From contig JAYYFR010000010.1 of the NCBI GenBank assembly GCA_036158635.1, positions 13,138-77,137 on the forward strand: a stretch of DNA of 64,000 nt, read 5' to 3'. The translations under genes and the position numbers were made by a program. The stretch comes from Bacteroidota bacterium. Lineage in GTDB: Bacteria > Bacteroidota > Bacteroidia > Flavobacteriales > TMED113. Positions 56,300 through 64,000 of the stretch are shown here, piece after piece. Position 1 is the first letter of the stretch. Each line of letters begins with the position of its first letter. The notes beneath the pieces were generated by a model, which searched no databases, was not told the origin of the DNA, and was given only the letters and a program-made list of their open reading frames with translations.

Positions 56300-57042
56300 T
56301 GAAAAAAATTAAAAAAATATTAATTTCTCAACCTGAACCTCAAAGTAAAAATCACCCTTATTCTGAACTAGCTAAAAAACATAATATTAAAATAAAGTTC
56401 GATCCTCTTATTGAAATTATTGGACTAAATGTTCGTGATATAAGACTACAAAAAATTAATGTAAATAACTTCTCTGCTATTATTTTTACAAGCAGAATTG
56501 CAATTGACCACTTTTTCAGAATTTGTGAAGAAATGAGATTTACAGTTCCTAACACCATGAAATATTTTTGTGTTTCTGAAGCAATATCATTTTATCTTCA
56601 AAAATATACAGCTTATAGAAAGAGAAAAATATACGTTGGTGGAAAAAAAATTCAAGATTTACAAGAAGTGATTGAGAAACACAATACAGAAAAATTTTTA
56701 TTACCTTCTGCTGAAAATACAAATTCGAAGACTATTGAATTTTTAGATAGCCTTCAAATTAATTATACCAGGGGTATTTTTTTTAAAACTCTTCCCAAAA
56801 AAACATCAATCAAACGATTTTCATATGAAATGGTGGTACTGTTCAGCCCTATTGATGTTGATTCAATTATTCAAAATTTTCCTGAGTTATTTAGTAAAGA
56901 CCATGAAGTTTTAATTGCTTGCTTTGGAAGTGTTACACAAAACTATGCTGAAGGTAAAGGTTTAAATGTAGCCCTGAAAGCTCCCAACGAAAAAAACTTA
57001 TCTATGTTGTCATGTCTTGATAATTATCTATCAAAAAAATAA
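56299..57042 (+). CDS. Uroporphyrinogen-III synthase (HemD) family protein
   Basis: 247-aa ORF. N-terminal ILISQPEPQSKNHPY and FTSRIAIDHFF resemble Bacteroidota HemD-like proteins. Assignment is by weak motif and context. Confidence 0.5.
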   Translation: MKKIKKILISQPEPQSKNHPYSELAKKHNIKIKFDPLIEIIGLNVRDIRLQKINVNNFSAIIFTSRIAIDHFFRICEEMRFTVPNTMKYFCVSEAISFYLQKYTAYRKRKIYVGGKKIQDLQEVIEKHNTEKFLLPSAENTNSKTIEFLDSLQINYTRGIFFKTLPKKTSIKRFSYEMVVLFSPIDVDSIIQNFPELFSKDHEVLIACFGSVTQNYAEGKGLNVALKAPNEKNLSMLSCLDNYLSKK

Positions 57043-57058
57043 TCAACATTTTTTTACA

Positions 57059-57394
57059 ATGAAATCAAAAAGCTTTAAAATGATTTCTTCTAAGAAAGAA
57101 ATAGAATTAATATTTAAAAATGGAAAACATTTTTCAGGTAAATATCTAAACTTTATCTACTTAAAAGATTTAGAAAAACAAAATTATTTTCAACTATTAA
57201 TTTCTATTCCCAAAAAAAAAATAAAACTTGCTGTTAATAGAAATAAAATAAAAAGAAGAATAAAAGCGTTTTATTATCTAAGAAAAAATATGAATGATTC
57301 ATCTCTTAGTGTAATTGTTTTATACAAATATTTTAAACCAGTAAAATATATAAAATTAGAAAAGGATCTTCTTCTATTTGAAAATTTAAATTAA
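57059..57394 (+). CDS. rnpA: Ribonuclease P protein component
   Basis: ORF 57017-57394 trimmed to the ATG at 57059. Basic protein with the RNR-like motif AVNRNKIKRRIKA. Immediately followed by yidD. Confidence 0.7.
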   Translation: MKSKSFKMISSKKEIELIFKNGKHFSGKYLNFIYLKDLEKQNYFQLLISIPKKKIKLAVNRNKIKRRIKAFYYLRKNMNDSSLSVIVLYKYFKPVKYIKLEKDLLLFENLN

Positions 57395-57601
57395 ATGAAA
57401 TATATACTGATTATACTTATTAAAATCTATCAATTTACTATTTCACCTTTAATCGGAAGCAATTGTAGATTCTCGCCTACATGTTCAAACTATTGTATAC
57501 AATCATTACAAAAACATGGAACATTCAAAGGTTTATTTTTATCATTTAAAAGAATTATAAAGTGTCACCCTTGGGGGGGATCAGGTCACGACCCAGTTTA
57601 A
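57395..57601 (+). CDS. yidD: Membrane protein insertion efficiency factor YidD
   Basis: 68-aa [28 protein letters not shown]...HPWGG is the YidD signature. Confidence 0.88.
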   Translation: MKYILIILIKIYQFTISPLIGSNCRFSPTCSNYCIQSLQKHGTFKGLFLSFKRIIKCHPWGGSGHDPV

Positions 57602-57613
57602 AAATTATATACT

Positions 57614-59245
57614 ATGAACTTAAAATTTATTTCAAATTCCATCTTAACTTTTCTTATCATTAGTTCTATATCTTACAGTCAATCTACTTATTTTGAAATA
57701 AGTAAGAACTTAGAAATTTTTAACAACGTATTTAAAGAGCTTAATACATATTATGTTGACGACACTGAGCCTGGTAAGTTAATGGAAAAAGCAATTGACT
57801 CAATGCTTAAAGAATTAGATCCTTATACTCAATATATTCCTGAATCAGAAATTGAAGATTTTAGATTCCAAACTACTGGTCAATATGGTGGGATTGGGTC
57901 TTTAATTAGAAAAGTGGGGGAATATGTTGTGATTGCAGAACCATATAAAAATTTTCCAGCAGATAAAGCTGGACTAAAAATAGGAGATAAGATAATTAAA
58001 ATTGATAATATTCCTATGCATAATAAAGATGTTGAAGATGTAAGTAAACTATTAAAAGGAGAGCCTGGAAAATCTGTTAATATTTTAGTTGAAAGATTAA
58101 ATATTAATGAATTACTAAGTATAGAAATAGAAAGAGAAAAAATAAAAATTTCTAGCGTACCATTTTATGGAATGATTAAAAAATTTGGATATATAAAATT
58201 ATCAAGATTTACTAGGAATTGTACAAATGAAGTTCGATCAGCAATTTTAGATCTAGAATCAAAAAATAATGTTGAAGGATTAATTTTAGACCTAAGAGGA
58301 AATCCAGGCGGTCTTTTAAACGAAGCAATTAAATTATGTAATTTATTTATTGAAAAAAATACAGTTGTTGTTGAAACAAAAGGCCGAAATACAGACTGGA
58401 ATAAGTTATATAAAACAAAAGAAAATCCTTACAATACTGAAATCCCTCTAGTAATTTTAGTTAACGAAGGATCAGCCTCAGCATCTGAGATTGTTGCAGG
58501 TACAATGCAAGACTTAGATAGAGGGATAGTGATTGGAAAGCAAACTTTCGGTAAGGGATTAGTTCAACAAACAAAAAAATTAAATTATAATTCTCAATTA
58601 AAATTAACAGTAGCTAAATATTATACCCCTTCCGGAAGATGCATTCAAACCATCAATTATTCTGATTCAAATAAAATTGTTCCAGACTCATTAAGAACTG
58701 AATATAAAACAAAGAATAATCGTTCTGTTTATGATGGAGGGGGAATTGATCCTGACATAGAAGTTGAGCGGGATAGTATTCCTAAAATAATTTATAGCTT
58801 GTTGCAAAAACAACTTATTTTTGAATTTGGAAACTTTTATGCCGCAATTACAAAAGAAGTTGAGCAACCAAAATCACTTGATGTTTCTGAAGAAATATAT
58901 ACAAAATTTAAAGAATTTATTTATGAAAAAAGTTTTGACTTTGTTACGAACTCTGAAGAAAAAATAGATGACTTGATTGATGTCTTAAGCTTTGAGGGTT
59001 ATAAAGACTCAATCAATAATAGTGGATTAATTCAACTTTTGAAAGATGAAATTCAAAAATTAAAAATAACTGACATAGAAAAATATAAAAAAGAAATAAG
59101 TCAACTTATCTTATCCGACATTGCTGTGAGATATTATTATAACGAAGGAAGAATTGAGGCATTAATGAAGTATGATGATGAAATTAAATCTGCTATAAAT
59201 ACATTAGAAAATAAAAAGAGTTATAAAAAAATTCTAGGATATTAA
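57614..59245 (+). CDS. S41 family C-terminal processing peptidase with PDZ domain
   Basis: 543-aa ORF. Signal peptide, PDZ (GLKIGDKIIKIDN), catalytic region NEGSASASEI and TFGKGLVQ. Confidence 0.85.
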   Translation: MNLKFISNSILTFLIISSISYSQSTYFEISKNLEIFNNVFKELNTYYVDDTEPGKLMEKAIDSMLKELDPYTQYIPESEIEDFRFQTTGQYGGIGSLIRKVGEYVVIAEPYKNFPADKAGLKIGDKIIKIDNIPMHNKDVEDVSKLLKGEPGKSVNILVERLNINELLSIEIEREKIKISSVPFYGMIKKFGYIKLSRFTRNCTNEVRSAILDLESKNNVEGLILDLRGNPGGLLNEAIKLCNLFIEKNTVVVETKGRNTDWNKLYKTKENPYNTEIPLVILVNEGSASASEIVAGTMQDLDRGIVIGKQTFGKGLVQQTKKLNYNSQLKLTVAKYYTPSGRCIQTINYSDSNKIVPDSLRTEYKTKNNRSVYDGGGIDPDIEVERDSIPKIIYSLLQKQLIFEFGNFYAAITKEVEQPKSLDVSEEIYTKFKEFIYEKSFDFVTNSEEKIDDLIDVLSFEGYKDSINNSGLIQLLKDEIQKLKITDIEKYKKEISQLILSDIAVRYYYNEGRIEALMKYDDEIKSAINTLENKKSYKKILGY

Positions 59246-59263
59246 ATATTATACTAATTCATT

Positions 59264-60592
59264 TTGATAAGTACTTATAAATTTAATTTTTCGAAAACTT
59301 TAAAAAGTATTTCTACTCGCAATTTAGCTTTATTTTTATTTGCATTTTTTTTAAGTGTTTCTAATAGCTTCTCATCTATTATTATAATATTTTTTTTTAT
59401 TTCTTTAATTAATTCAAAAGATTTAAACAAAAATCTTAACAGAGTAATAAATAATAAAGTTAATCAGTCCATATCAATTTTTTTCTTGTATATTCTTTTA
59501 AGTTATTTTTGGAAAGAAAATAACTTTTTTCAAGATACAATAATTAAATACTCTATTCTTCTTCTTGTTCCCTTACTAGATGTATTAAATTTTAAAAACA
59601 AGGATAAAGAAGTAGCAAAATATTTCTTTATAGGTGGTGTACTTTTTAATATATTGTATTCAATAATTATTTCTTTTCTATATAAACTTAGAATTATTAA
59701 TAATTTATATTTTCTCAAAACAGATCATTACGAAAATATTTTGTTTTTAAGAGGTTTTATTGACCACTCTAATCTTTCTGTTTTTATAGCATTTTCAATT
59801 TTTCTTTTAATAGATTTTTTATTTAATCAAAAAAAGATTACTAGATTAAATATCATAGTATTTATTTTAATTTTTATACAGATTCTTTTTCTATTAAATG
59901 GTTACGGAAGAACTGGTTTATTTATTTTTATTACTCTTTTTCCAATTTATATAATAATTAAAAACCCTAAAAAAATAAAATTGATTCTTTCAATTTCAAT
60001 TGTTACTTTAATTATTTTAATTTCTATATCTAGTCCCTTTGTTGACCGTATTAAAACTACATTTTATATGTCTCAAACTACGTCAAACGATGAAAAAATA
60101 AAAAAAGATGCAATATATATGTCTGATTCCTTGGGACATGGCGTTAAATATTGGGAAAAAATGATAAATAAAGATATTAAATGGAAGAATGAGATAATTA
60201 AAAAAAATGAAAAAAGTAGTTTAGAAAAAAGATTTCTTATATGGAAAAATTATAAAGCGCCACTCTTAAATAAAAAATGGTTTGGCGAAGGAGCGGGTGG
60301 AGTAAAAAAAATTACAAACGAACAAAAAATCAAATATCCTCACAATAGCTATATATATATAATTACTGAGTTTGGTATAATTGGTATGTTATTATTTATT
60401 AATATTTTTTATTCATTATTTAAAAATTATACTGACGAAGGAAAAAAAAATATACTTAAATTCATTTTTCCTATTCTATTTTTATTGTGTATGATGATAA
60501 ACGACTATTTAATAATATATAATACAGCTTGTTTTTTGAGTTTATTCATATTTCTTTTTTATACTGGAGGGGCTAAACTAAAATCCTCCTAA
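59264..60592 (+). CDS. O-antigen ligase (Wzy_C) family membrane protein
   Basis: 442-aa polytopic ORF with a TTG start. Has a large loop and the motif YPHNSYIYIITEFGIIG, typical of O-antigen ligase/polymerase-like proteins. Confidence 0.6.
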   Translation: MISTYKFNFSKTLKSISTRNLALFLFAFFLSVSNSFSSIIIIFFFISLINSKDLNKNLNRVINNKVNQSISIFFLYILLSYFWKENNFFQDTIIKYSILLLVPLLDVLNFKNKDKEVAKYFFIGGVLFNILYSIIISFLYKLRIINNLYFLKTDHYENILFLRGFIDHSNLSVFIAFSIFLLIDFLFNQKKITRLNIIVFILIFIQILFLLNGYGRTGLFIFITLFPIYIIIKNPKKIKLILSISIVTLIILISISSPFVDRIKTTFYMSQTTSNDEKIKKDAIYMSDSLGHGVKYWEKMINKDIKWKNEIIKKNEKSSLEKRFLIWKNYKAPLLNKKWFGEGAGGVKKITNEQKIKYPHNSYIYIITEFGIIGMLLFINIFYSLFKNYTDEGKKNILKFIFPILFLLCMMINDYLIIYNTACFLSLFIFLFYTGGAKLKSS

Positions 60593-61673
60593 TTCTTTTT
60601 GATAATCCCGATGTAATCTCATAAGGTATAGTTTTCAAACTTTTTGATAACTTAAAAATACATCTTGACTCACCAAAAAGTGTAACACTATCTCCCTCTT
60701 TCACTTCTTTTATTTTTGATAGATCAATAACGCAACTATCCATTGATATTTCTCCTAAAACTGGAAGTTTAATATTATTTAAAGAGAAATATAATTTTTT
60801 ATCTACCCAATCCCGTCTTAAACCATCAGCATAACCAATAGGAATAATACCAATTTTCATGATTTTTTTAGAAATAAATCTTCTATTATAACCTACTGAA
60901 TCTCCTTTGTTAATTACTTTAATTTGAGAAATGGAGGATTTTAATTGTCCTATACAATATGTATGCTTATTATTAAATCCGTAATATAAACCAAATCCCA
61001 CCCTTATCATTTCTGAATTTGAATCCATATAATTTATTGCACCGTAAGAATTTGAAATATGTGATTTTATTTTATATGAAAATTCTTTTTGAATCATACT
61101 TTTTTGATAATTGAACTTTTGAATTTGATTAAGAGTAAACCTCTTATGATTTTTCAACTTAGATGAAGATAAGTGAGAAAATACTGATTTTATTTTTAAA
61201 TTTTTTTGTTTTTTGATTTTACAAATAACTTCTTTAATGTTTTCTTCTAAAAAACCATAACGATTCATTCCAGTATCAATTTTTAAATGAAATGTTACTA
61301 GTTTTTTACGCTTTTTTGCGTGAAAAATTAACTTATTCAGCATCTCTAAACTATATATAGAAGGCTCAAGTTTATTATCTATAATTGGCTTCAAATTTCT
61401 TAACGCTGGATACATGATCATTATAGGAACATTTATTTTATTTTTTCTTAAACGTAACCCTTCCTCAAAATCAGCAACAGCAATTTTAGTTATTCCATGT
61501 TTAATAATTTCTTTTGATAAAATAATATCACCAAAACCATAAGCGTTTGCCTTTAATACAGCAATTATTTCTTTGTTATTTCCGATATTTTTCTTTAAAA
61601 AATCAATATTATTTTTTAAATTTTTTTTACTTAATTCTAGTCTAGTTGAAAAATATTTATCTAGCATTTTCAT
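60573..61673 (-). CDS. alr: Alanine racemase
   Basis: 366-aa ORF. PLP-lysine motif AVLKANAYGFG and the C-terminal YEITSGLSKRIRR pattern. Confidence 0.88.
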   Translation of the reverse strand: MKMLDKYFSTRLELSKKNLKNNIDFLKKNIGNNKEIIAVLKANAYGFGDIILSKEIIKHGITKIAVADFEEGLRLRKNKINVPIMIMYPALRNLKPIIDNKLEPSIYSLEMLNKLIFHAKKRKKLVTFHLKIDTGMNRYGFLEENIKEVICKIKKQKNLKIKSVFSHLSSSKLKNHKRFTLNQIQKFNYQKSMIQKEFSYKIKSHISNSYGAINYMDSNSEMIRVGFGLYYGFNNKHTYCIGQLKSSISQIKVINKGDSVGYNRRFISKKIMKIGIIPIGYADGLRRDWVDKKLYFSLNNIKLPVLGEISMDSCVIDLSKIKEVKEGDSVTLFGESRCIFKLSKSLKTIPYEITSGLSKRIRRILV

Positions 61674-62187
61674 AACATTTTTTACATAAAGGTTCGTAAG
61701 CGTCTTTATGTCCTAATAAAATTGTTGATTTTTCCTTAACTATTCTGTAAGATCTAGATGCTGGAGCAGAACATCTGTTGCAAACTGCATATAATTTTGT
61801 CAATTTATCTGCTATTTTAATCAAGCCGGAGACTGATTTAAATTCTTTATTTAAATAATCTTTATTTAATCCAGCAATAATTATTCTTTTACCTAAACTT
61901 TTTAATTTTAAAGAATCATTAATTATTGAAGATGAAAAAAACTGCGCTTCATCAATACCAATCACATTAATATTACTAATATTATCAAAAGCATCTGATA
62001 TAGAACTCACTACTTTAGCTGATTTTTTTATCCCAGAGTGAGTTGATACATCAGAGAGACCATATCTTGTGTCAATTTTTGGCTTTAACAATAAATAATC
62101 TTGCGAACAGTTATTTAATCTGTTTAATAGTTCTGTCGACTTACCAGAAAACATGCAACCTGTAATAATTTCAATTTTACCTAACAT
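61657..62187 (-). CDS. tdk: Thymidine kinase
   Basis: 176-aa ORF. P-loop GCMFSGKSTEL, IGIDEAQFF, and zinc ribbon CNRC...CKKC. Confidence 0.9.
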   Translation of the reverse strand: MLGKIEIITGCMFSGKSTELLNRLNNCSQDYLLLKPKIDTRYGLSDVSTHSGIKKSAKVVSSISDAFDNISNINVIGIDEAQFFSSSIINDSLKLKSLGKRIIIAGLNKDYLNKEFKSVSGLIKIADKLTKLYAVCNRCSAPASRSYRIVKEKSTILLGHKDAYEPLCKKCYENAR

Positions 62188-62301
62188 TAAATAATATTAT
62201 TTAAATTATATTGACAATACAATTTAATAAGAAAACAACTATTTTAATTATTTAAAAAAAAATAATTAATTAAATTCGATTATTATCAACTGATTTATTT
62301 C

Positions 62302-62970
62302 ATGCTATATATCATCCCAACTCCAATAGGAAACTTAAAGGACATTACATTGAGATGTATAGAGAAATTAAAAAACACCGAACTCATTATTGTAGAAAAT
62401 TACAATAAAAGTAAAATTTTATTTAAAGAGTATAATATATCCGCTCCTTACATCATAAATAATACGTTTAATGAGTCTTCTAAACTAGATTATATCATAT
62501 CTAAAATTAAATCCGTTAGTGATTGTTGTTTAATTACTGATTCCGGAACTCCTGGGATTTCTGATCCCGGATTTTTGATTATTAGAAAATGTGTTGAGCT
62601 TGAAATTGATGTTAAATGTCTTCCTGGCCCCACTGCTTTAATTCCCGCTCTAATTCAATCTGGATTTCCATGTGAAAAATTTGTTTTCGAAGGATTTCTA
62701 CCTAAAAAAAAAGGTAAATTAAAGAGATTAGATTATTTACTTAATGAAACAAGAAGTGTAATTATATATGAGTCGCCTCACAGAATATTAAAAACTTTAG
62801 AAATTATTAACAACTTAACTCCTAACAAAAAAATTGTTGTAATAAAAGAATTAACTAAAATTCACGAAAACATATATAGAGGAATTTCTAAAGAAATTAT
62901 AAAAAACTTAGAAATAAGTAAGTTAAGAGGAGAATTTATAATAATTATAAATGGAAGTGATGAAAAATAA
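62302..62970 (+). CDS. rsmI: 16S rRNA (cytidine1402-2'-O)-methyltransferase
   Basis: 222-aa ORF with the N-terminus LYIIPTPIGNLKDITLR and the motifs DSGTPGISDPG and YESPHR. Confidence 0.88.
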   Translation: MLYIIPTPIGNLKDITLRCIEKLKNTELIIVENYNKSKILFKEYNISAPYIINNTFNESSKLDYIISKIKSVSDCCLITDSGTPGISDPGFLIIRKCVELEIDVKCLPGPTALIPALIQSGFPCEKFVFEGFLPKKKGKLKRLDYLLNETRSVIIYESPHRILKTLEIINNLTPNKKIVVIKELTKIHENIYRGISKEIIKNLEISKLRGEFIIIINGSDEK

Positions 62971-63697
62971 AAAAATAATTATTGCTGGGCCATGTAGTAT
63001 TAGCTCAAAAAAAGAATTAAATGATACATTTATAAATATTTACGATAAAGTTGATTTTTTTAGATGTGGAATTTGGAAAGCTCGCACTAATTTTAATCAC
63101 TTCCAAGGAATTGGAGAAAAAGGTTTAGTATGGCTATCTGAATTAAAAAAAAAATATCAAACTCCAATTGCAATTGAAGTTGGGACTCCTCAACATGTTG
63201 AGAAGGCTCTTAAACATAATATTAATATATTTTGGATAGGAGCAAGAACAACTGTTAATCCATTTTACGTTCAAGAAATTTGTGAATGTGTAAGAGGACA
63301 TGAAATTGAAATTTGGATAAAAAACCCCATTTACCCAGATAAAAATTTATGGATTGGTGCAATTGAAAGATTTAAAAATACAGGAGTTAAAGAGATTAAG
63401 GCTATTCATAGAGGTTATTTTTCTATTTCTGAAAAAGTTTACAGGAATAAACCCTATTGGAAAATAACTAATGATGTTAGAAAATTATTCCCTGAAATAA
63501 AATTTATTTGTGACCCAAGTCATATTTGTGGTAGTAAAAAACTTCTATATGGGGTTTCAAAAAAAGCAATTTCTTTGAGTTTTGATGGATTAATGATTGA
63601 AACTCACTCATTTCCAAAAAAAGCATTAAGTGATGCAAAACAACAAGTTAATTGTAAAGAATTTAAAGAATTAATTAATAAATTAAACATATACTAA
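62951..63697 (+). CDS. 3-deoxy-7-phosphoheptulonate (DAHP) synthase, type I-beta (KdsA/AroG-like), no fused chorismate mutase
   Basis: 248-aa ORF. Motifs IIAGPCSI, WKARTNFNHFQGIG, IGARTT, AIHRG, CDPSH and ETH...ALSDAKQ. Confidence 0.75.
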   Translation: MEVMKNKKIIIAGPCSISSKKELNDTFINIYDKVDFFRCGIWKARTNFNHFQGIGEKGLVWLSELKKKYQTPIAIEVGTPQHVEKALKHNINIFWIGARTTVNPFYVQEICECVRGHEIEIWIKNPIYPDKNLWIGAIERFKNTGVKEIKAIHRGYFSISEKVYRNKPYWKITNDVRKLFPEIKFICDPSHICGSKKLLYGVSKKAISLSFDGLMIETHSFPKKALSDAKQQVNCKEFKELINKLNIY

Positions 63698-64000
63698 CAT
63701 TCTCTACCAACCTGTTTATGTAAATTTCTAGATAATTCTGTTAACTTAGAAAATCTATTTAATTCTTCTTTTTTTTCTCTTTCACTTTCTAATAAGGGAA
63801 TTCGTGCTAAGATTTCTGATGTTATAACAGAAATTCTTTTTAATTTAAACCTAATTAATCCTTCTTTTAACAAGGAAAATAAAATGTCTTCTTCTTTCTT
63901 TACTTTTATATTTTTTAATTCCCAATTGTCCATTTTATATTTTTCTTCTGTAAGAAAAATAGTTGTTTTTGAAATTTCTAAATCTTTATGATTTATAAAG
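63694..64000 (-). CDS. 3' part of a CDS that runs off the window edge; product unknown
   Basis: The track lists 63694-63933, but I translated upstream in frame (…FINHKDLEISKTTIFLTEEKYK-MDNWEL…) and found no stop before position 64000. The gene may therefore start outside the window. Confidence 0.45.
   Translation of the reverse strand, partial: FINHKDLEISKTTIFLTEEKYKMDNWELKNIKVKKEEDILFSLLKEGLIRFKLKRISVITSEILARIPLLESEREKKEELNRFSKLTELSRNLHKQVGREC

Noticed and set aside
62187-62204. 18-bp perfect AT-only palindrome TTAAATAATATTATTTAA at the tdk start
   Set aside because: With only A/T pairs and 9 paired positions, I estimate about one such palindrome per window by chance. It is noted only because it lies next to the AACATTAAAT word mentioned in the motif finding.
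62951-63697. Suspicion that the 248-aa DAHP synthase is truncated because many Flavobacteriia encode a DAHP synthase / chorismate mutase fusion
   Set aside because: All core motifs I know for type I-beta enzymes are present in order, and the ORF has clean boundaries. Absence of the fused mutase is a variant, not evidence of decay.
63694-63933. Treating the 79-aa minus-strand ORF as a complete small gene
   Set aside because: The frame stays open upstream to the window edge at 64000, so it may be the 3' end of a larger gene. It is reported as partial.

Overview
This 64-kb window comes from a visibly AT-rich, very compact bacterial chromosome. By my hand tally only about 1.6 kb is not covered by genes. 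It looks like Bacteroidota, class Flavobacteriia. Three proteins end in type-A T9SS C-terminal sorting domains. Several intergenic regions carry the Bacteroidetes -7 promoter box TAnnTTTG. The gene order pdxJ / CBS-nadK-DUF6089-uppS-bamA-skp-skp-murI and coaX-barrel-TPR-lptC-CNNM-ppiD is typical of that phylum. Most of the window is housekeeping: tyrS, glyQS, pyrC, purH, mreBCD-mrdA-rodA, nrdBA, alr, tdk, rsmI and a DAHP synthase. I found two tRNAs. I found no rRNA, CRISPR array, transposase, integrase or phage genes. Three places stand out. (1) Positions 2754-12443 hold a TetR regulator, an 8.4-kb single ORF and a small Cys-repeat secreted protein. The large ORF encodes a 2798-aa mosaic T9SS cargo. 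It combines an esterase, a beta-propeller-like region and about 27 short Cys-rich 'ACNY' modules interleaved with Asp-rich Ca-binding-like loops. It also carries near-identical in-frame DNA repeats flanking a rearranged DUF1566 module. (2) Positions 17122-23211 hold a tightly packed three-gene unit preceded by a perfect 22-bp palindrome. The genes are a stand-alone lamin-tail-domain T9SS cargo, a TonB-dependent receptor, and an endonuclease I with OB-folds and a T9SS domain. I read this as an extracellular-DNA capture, degradation and uptake locus. (3) Positions 50969-51369 are a 401-bp non-coding gap, about a quarter of all non-coding DNA in the window. It lies upstream of an nrdB (with an N-terminal ATP-cone) and nrdA operon. 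It contains a promoter-like block nearly identical to the tRNA-Phe promoter, followed by two hairpins and a U-tract. That suggests a small RNA or an attenuating leader. I cannot show that any of these is undescribed, because all family calls rest on motif recognition by eye and no searches were run.
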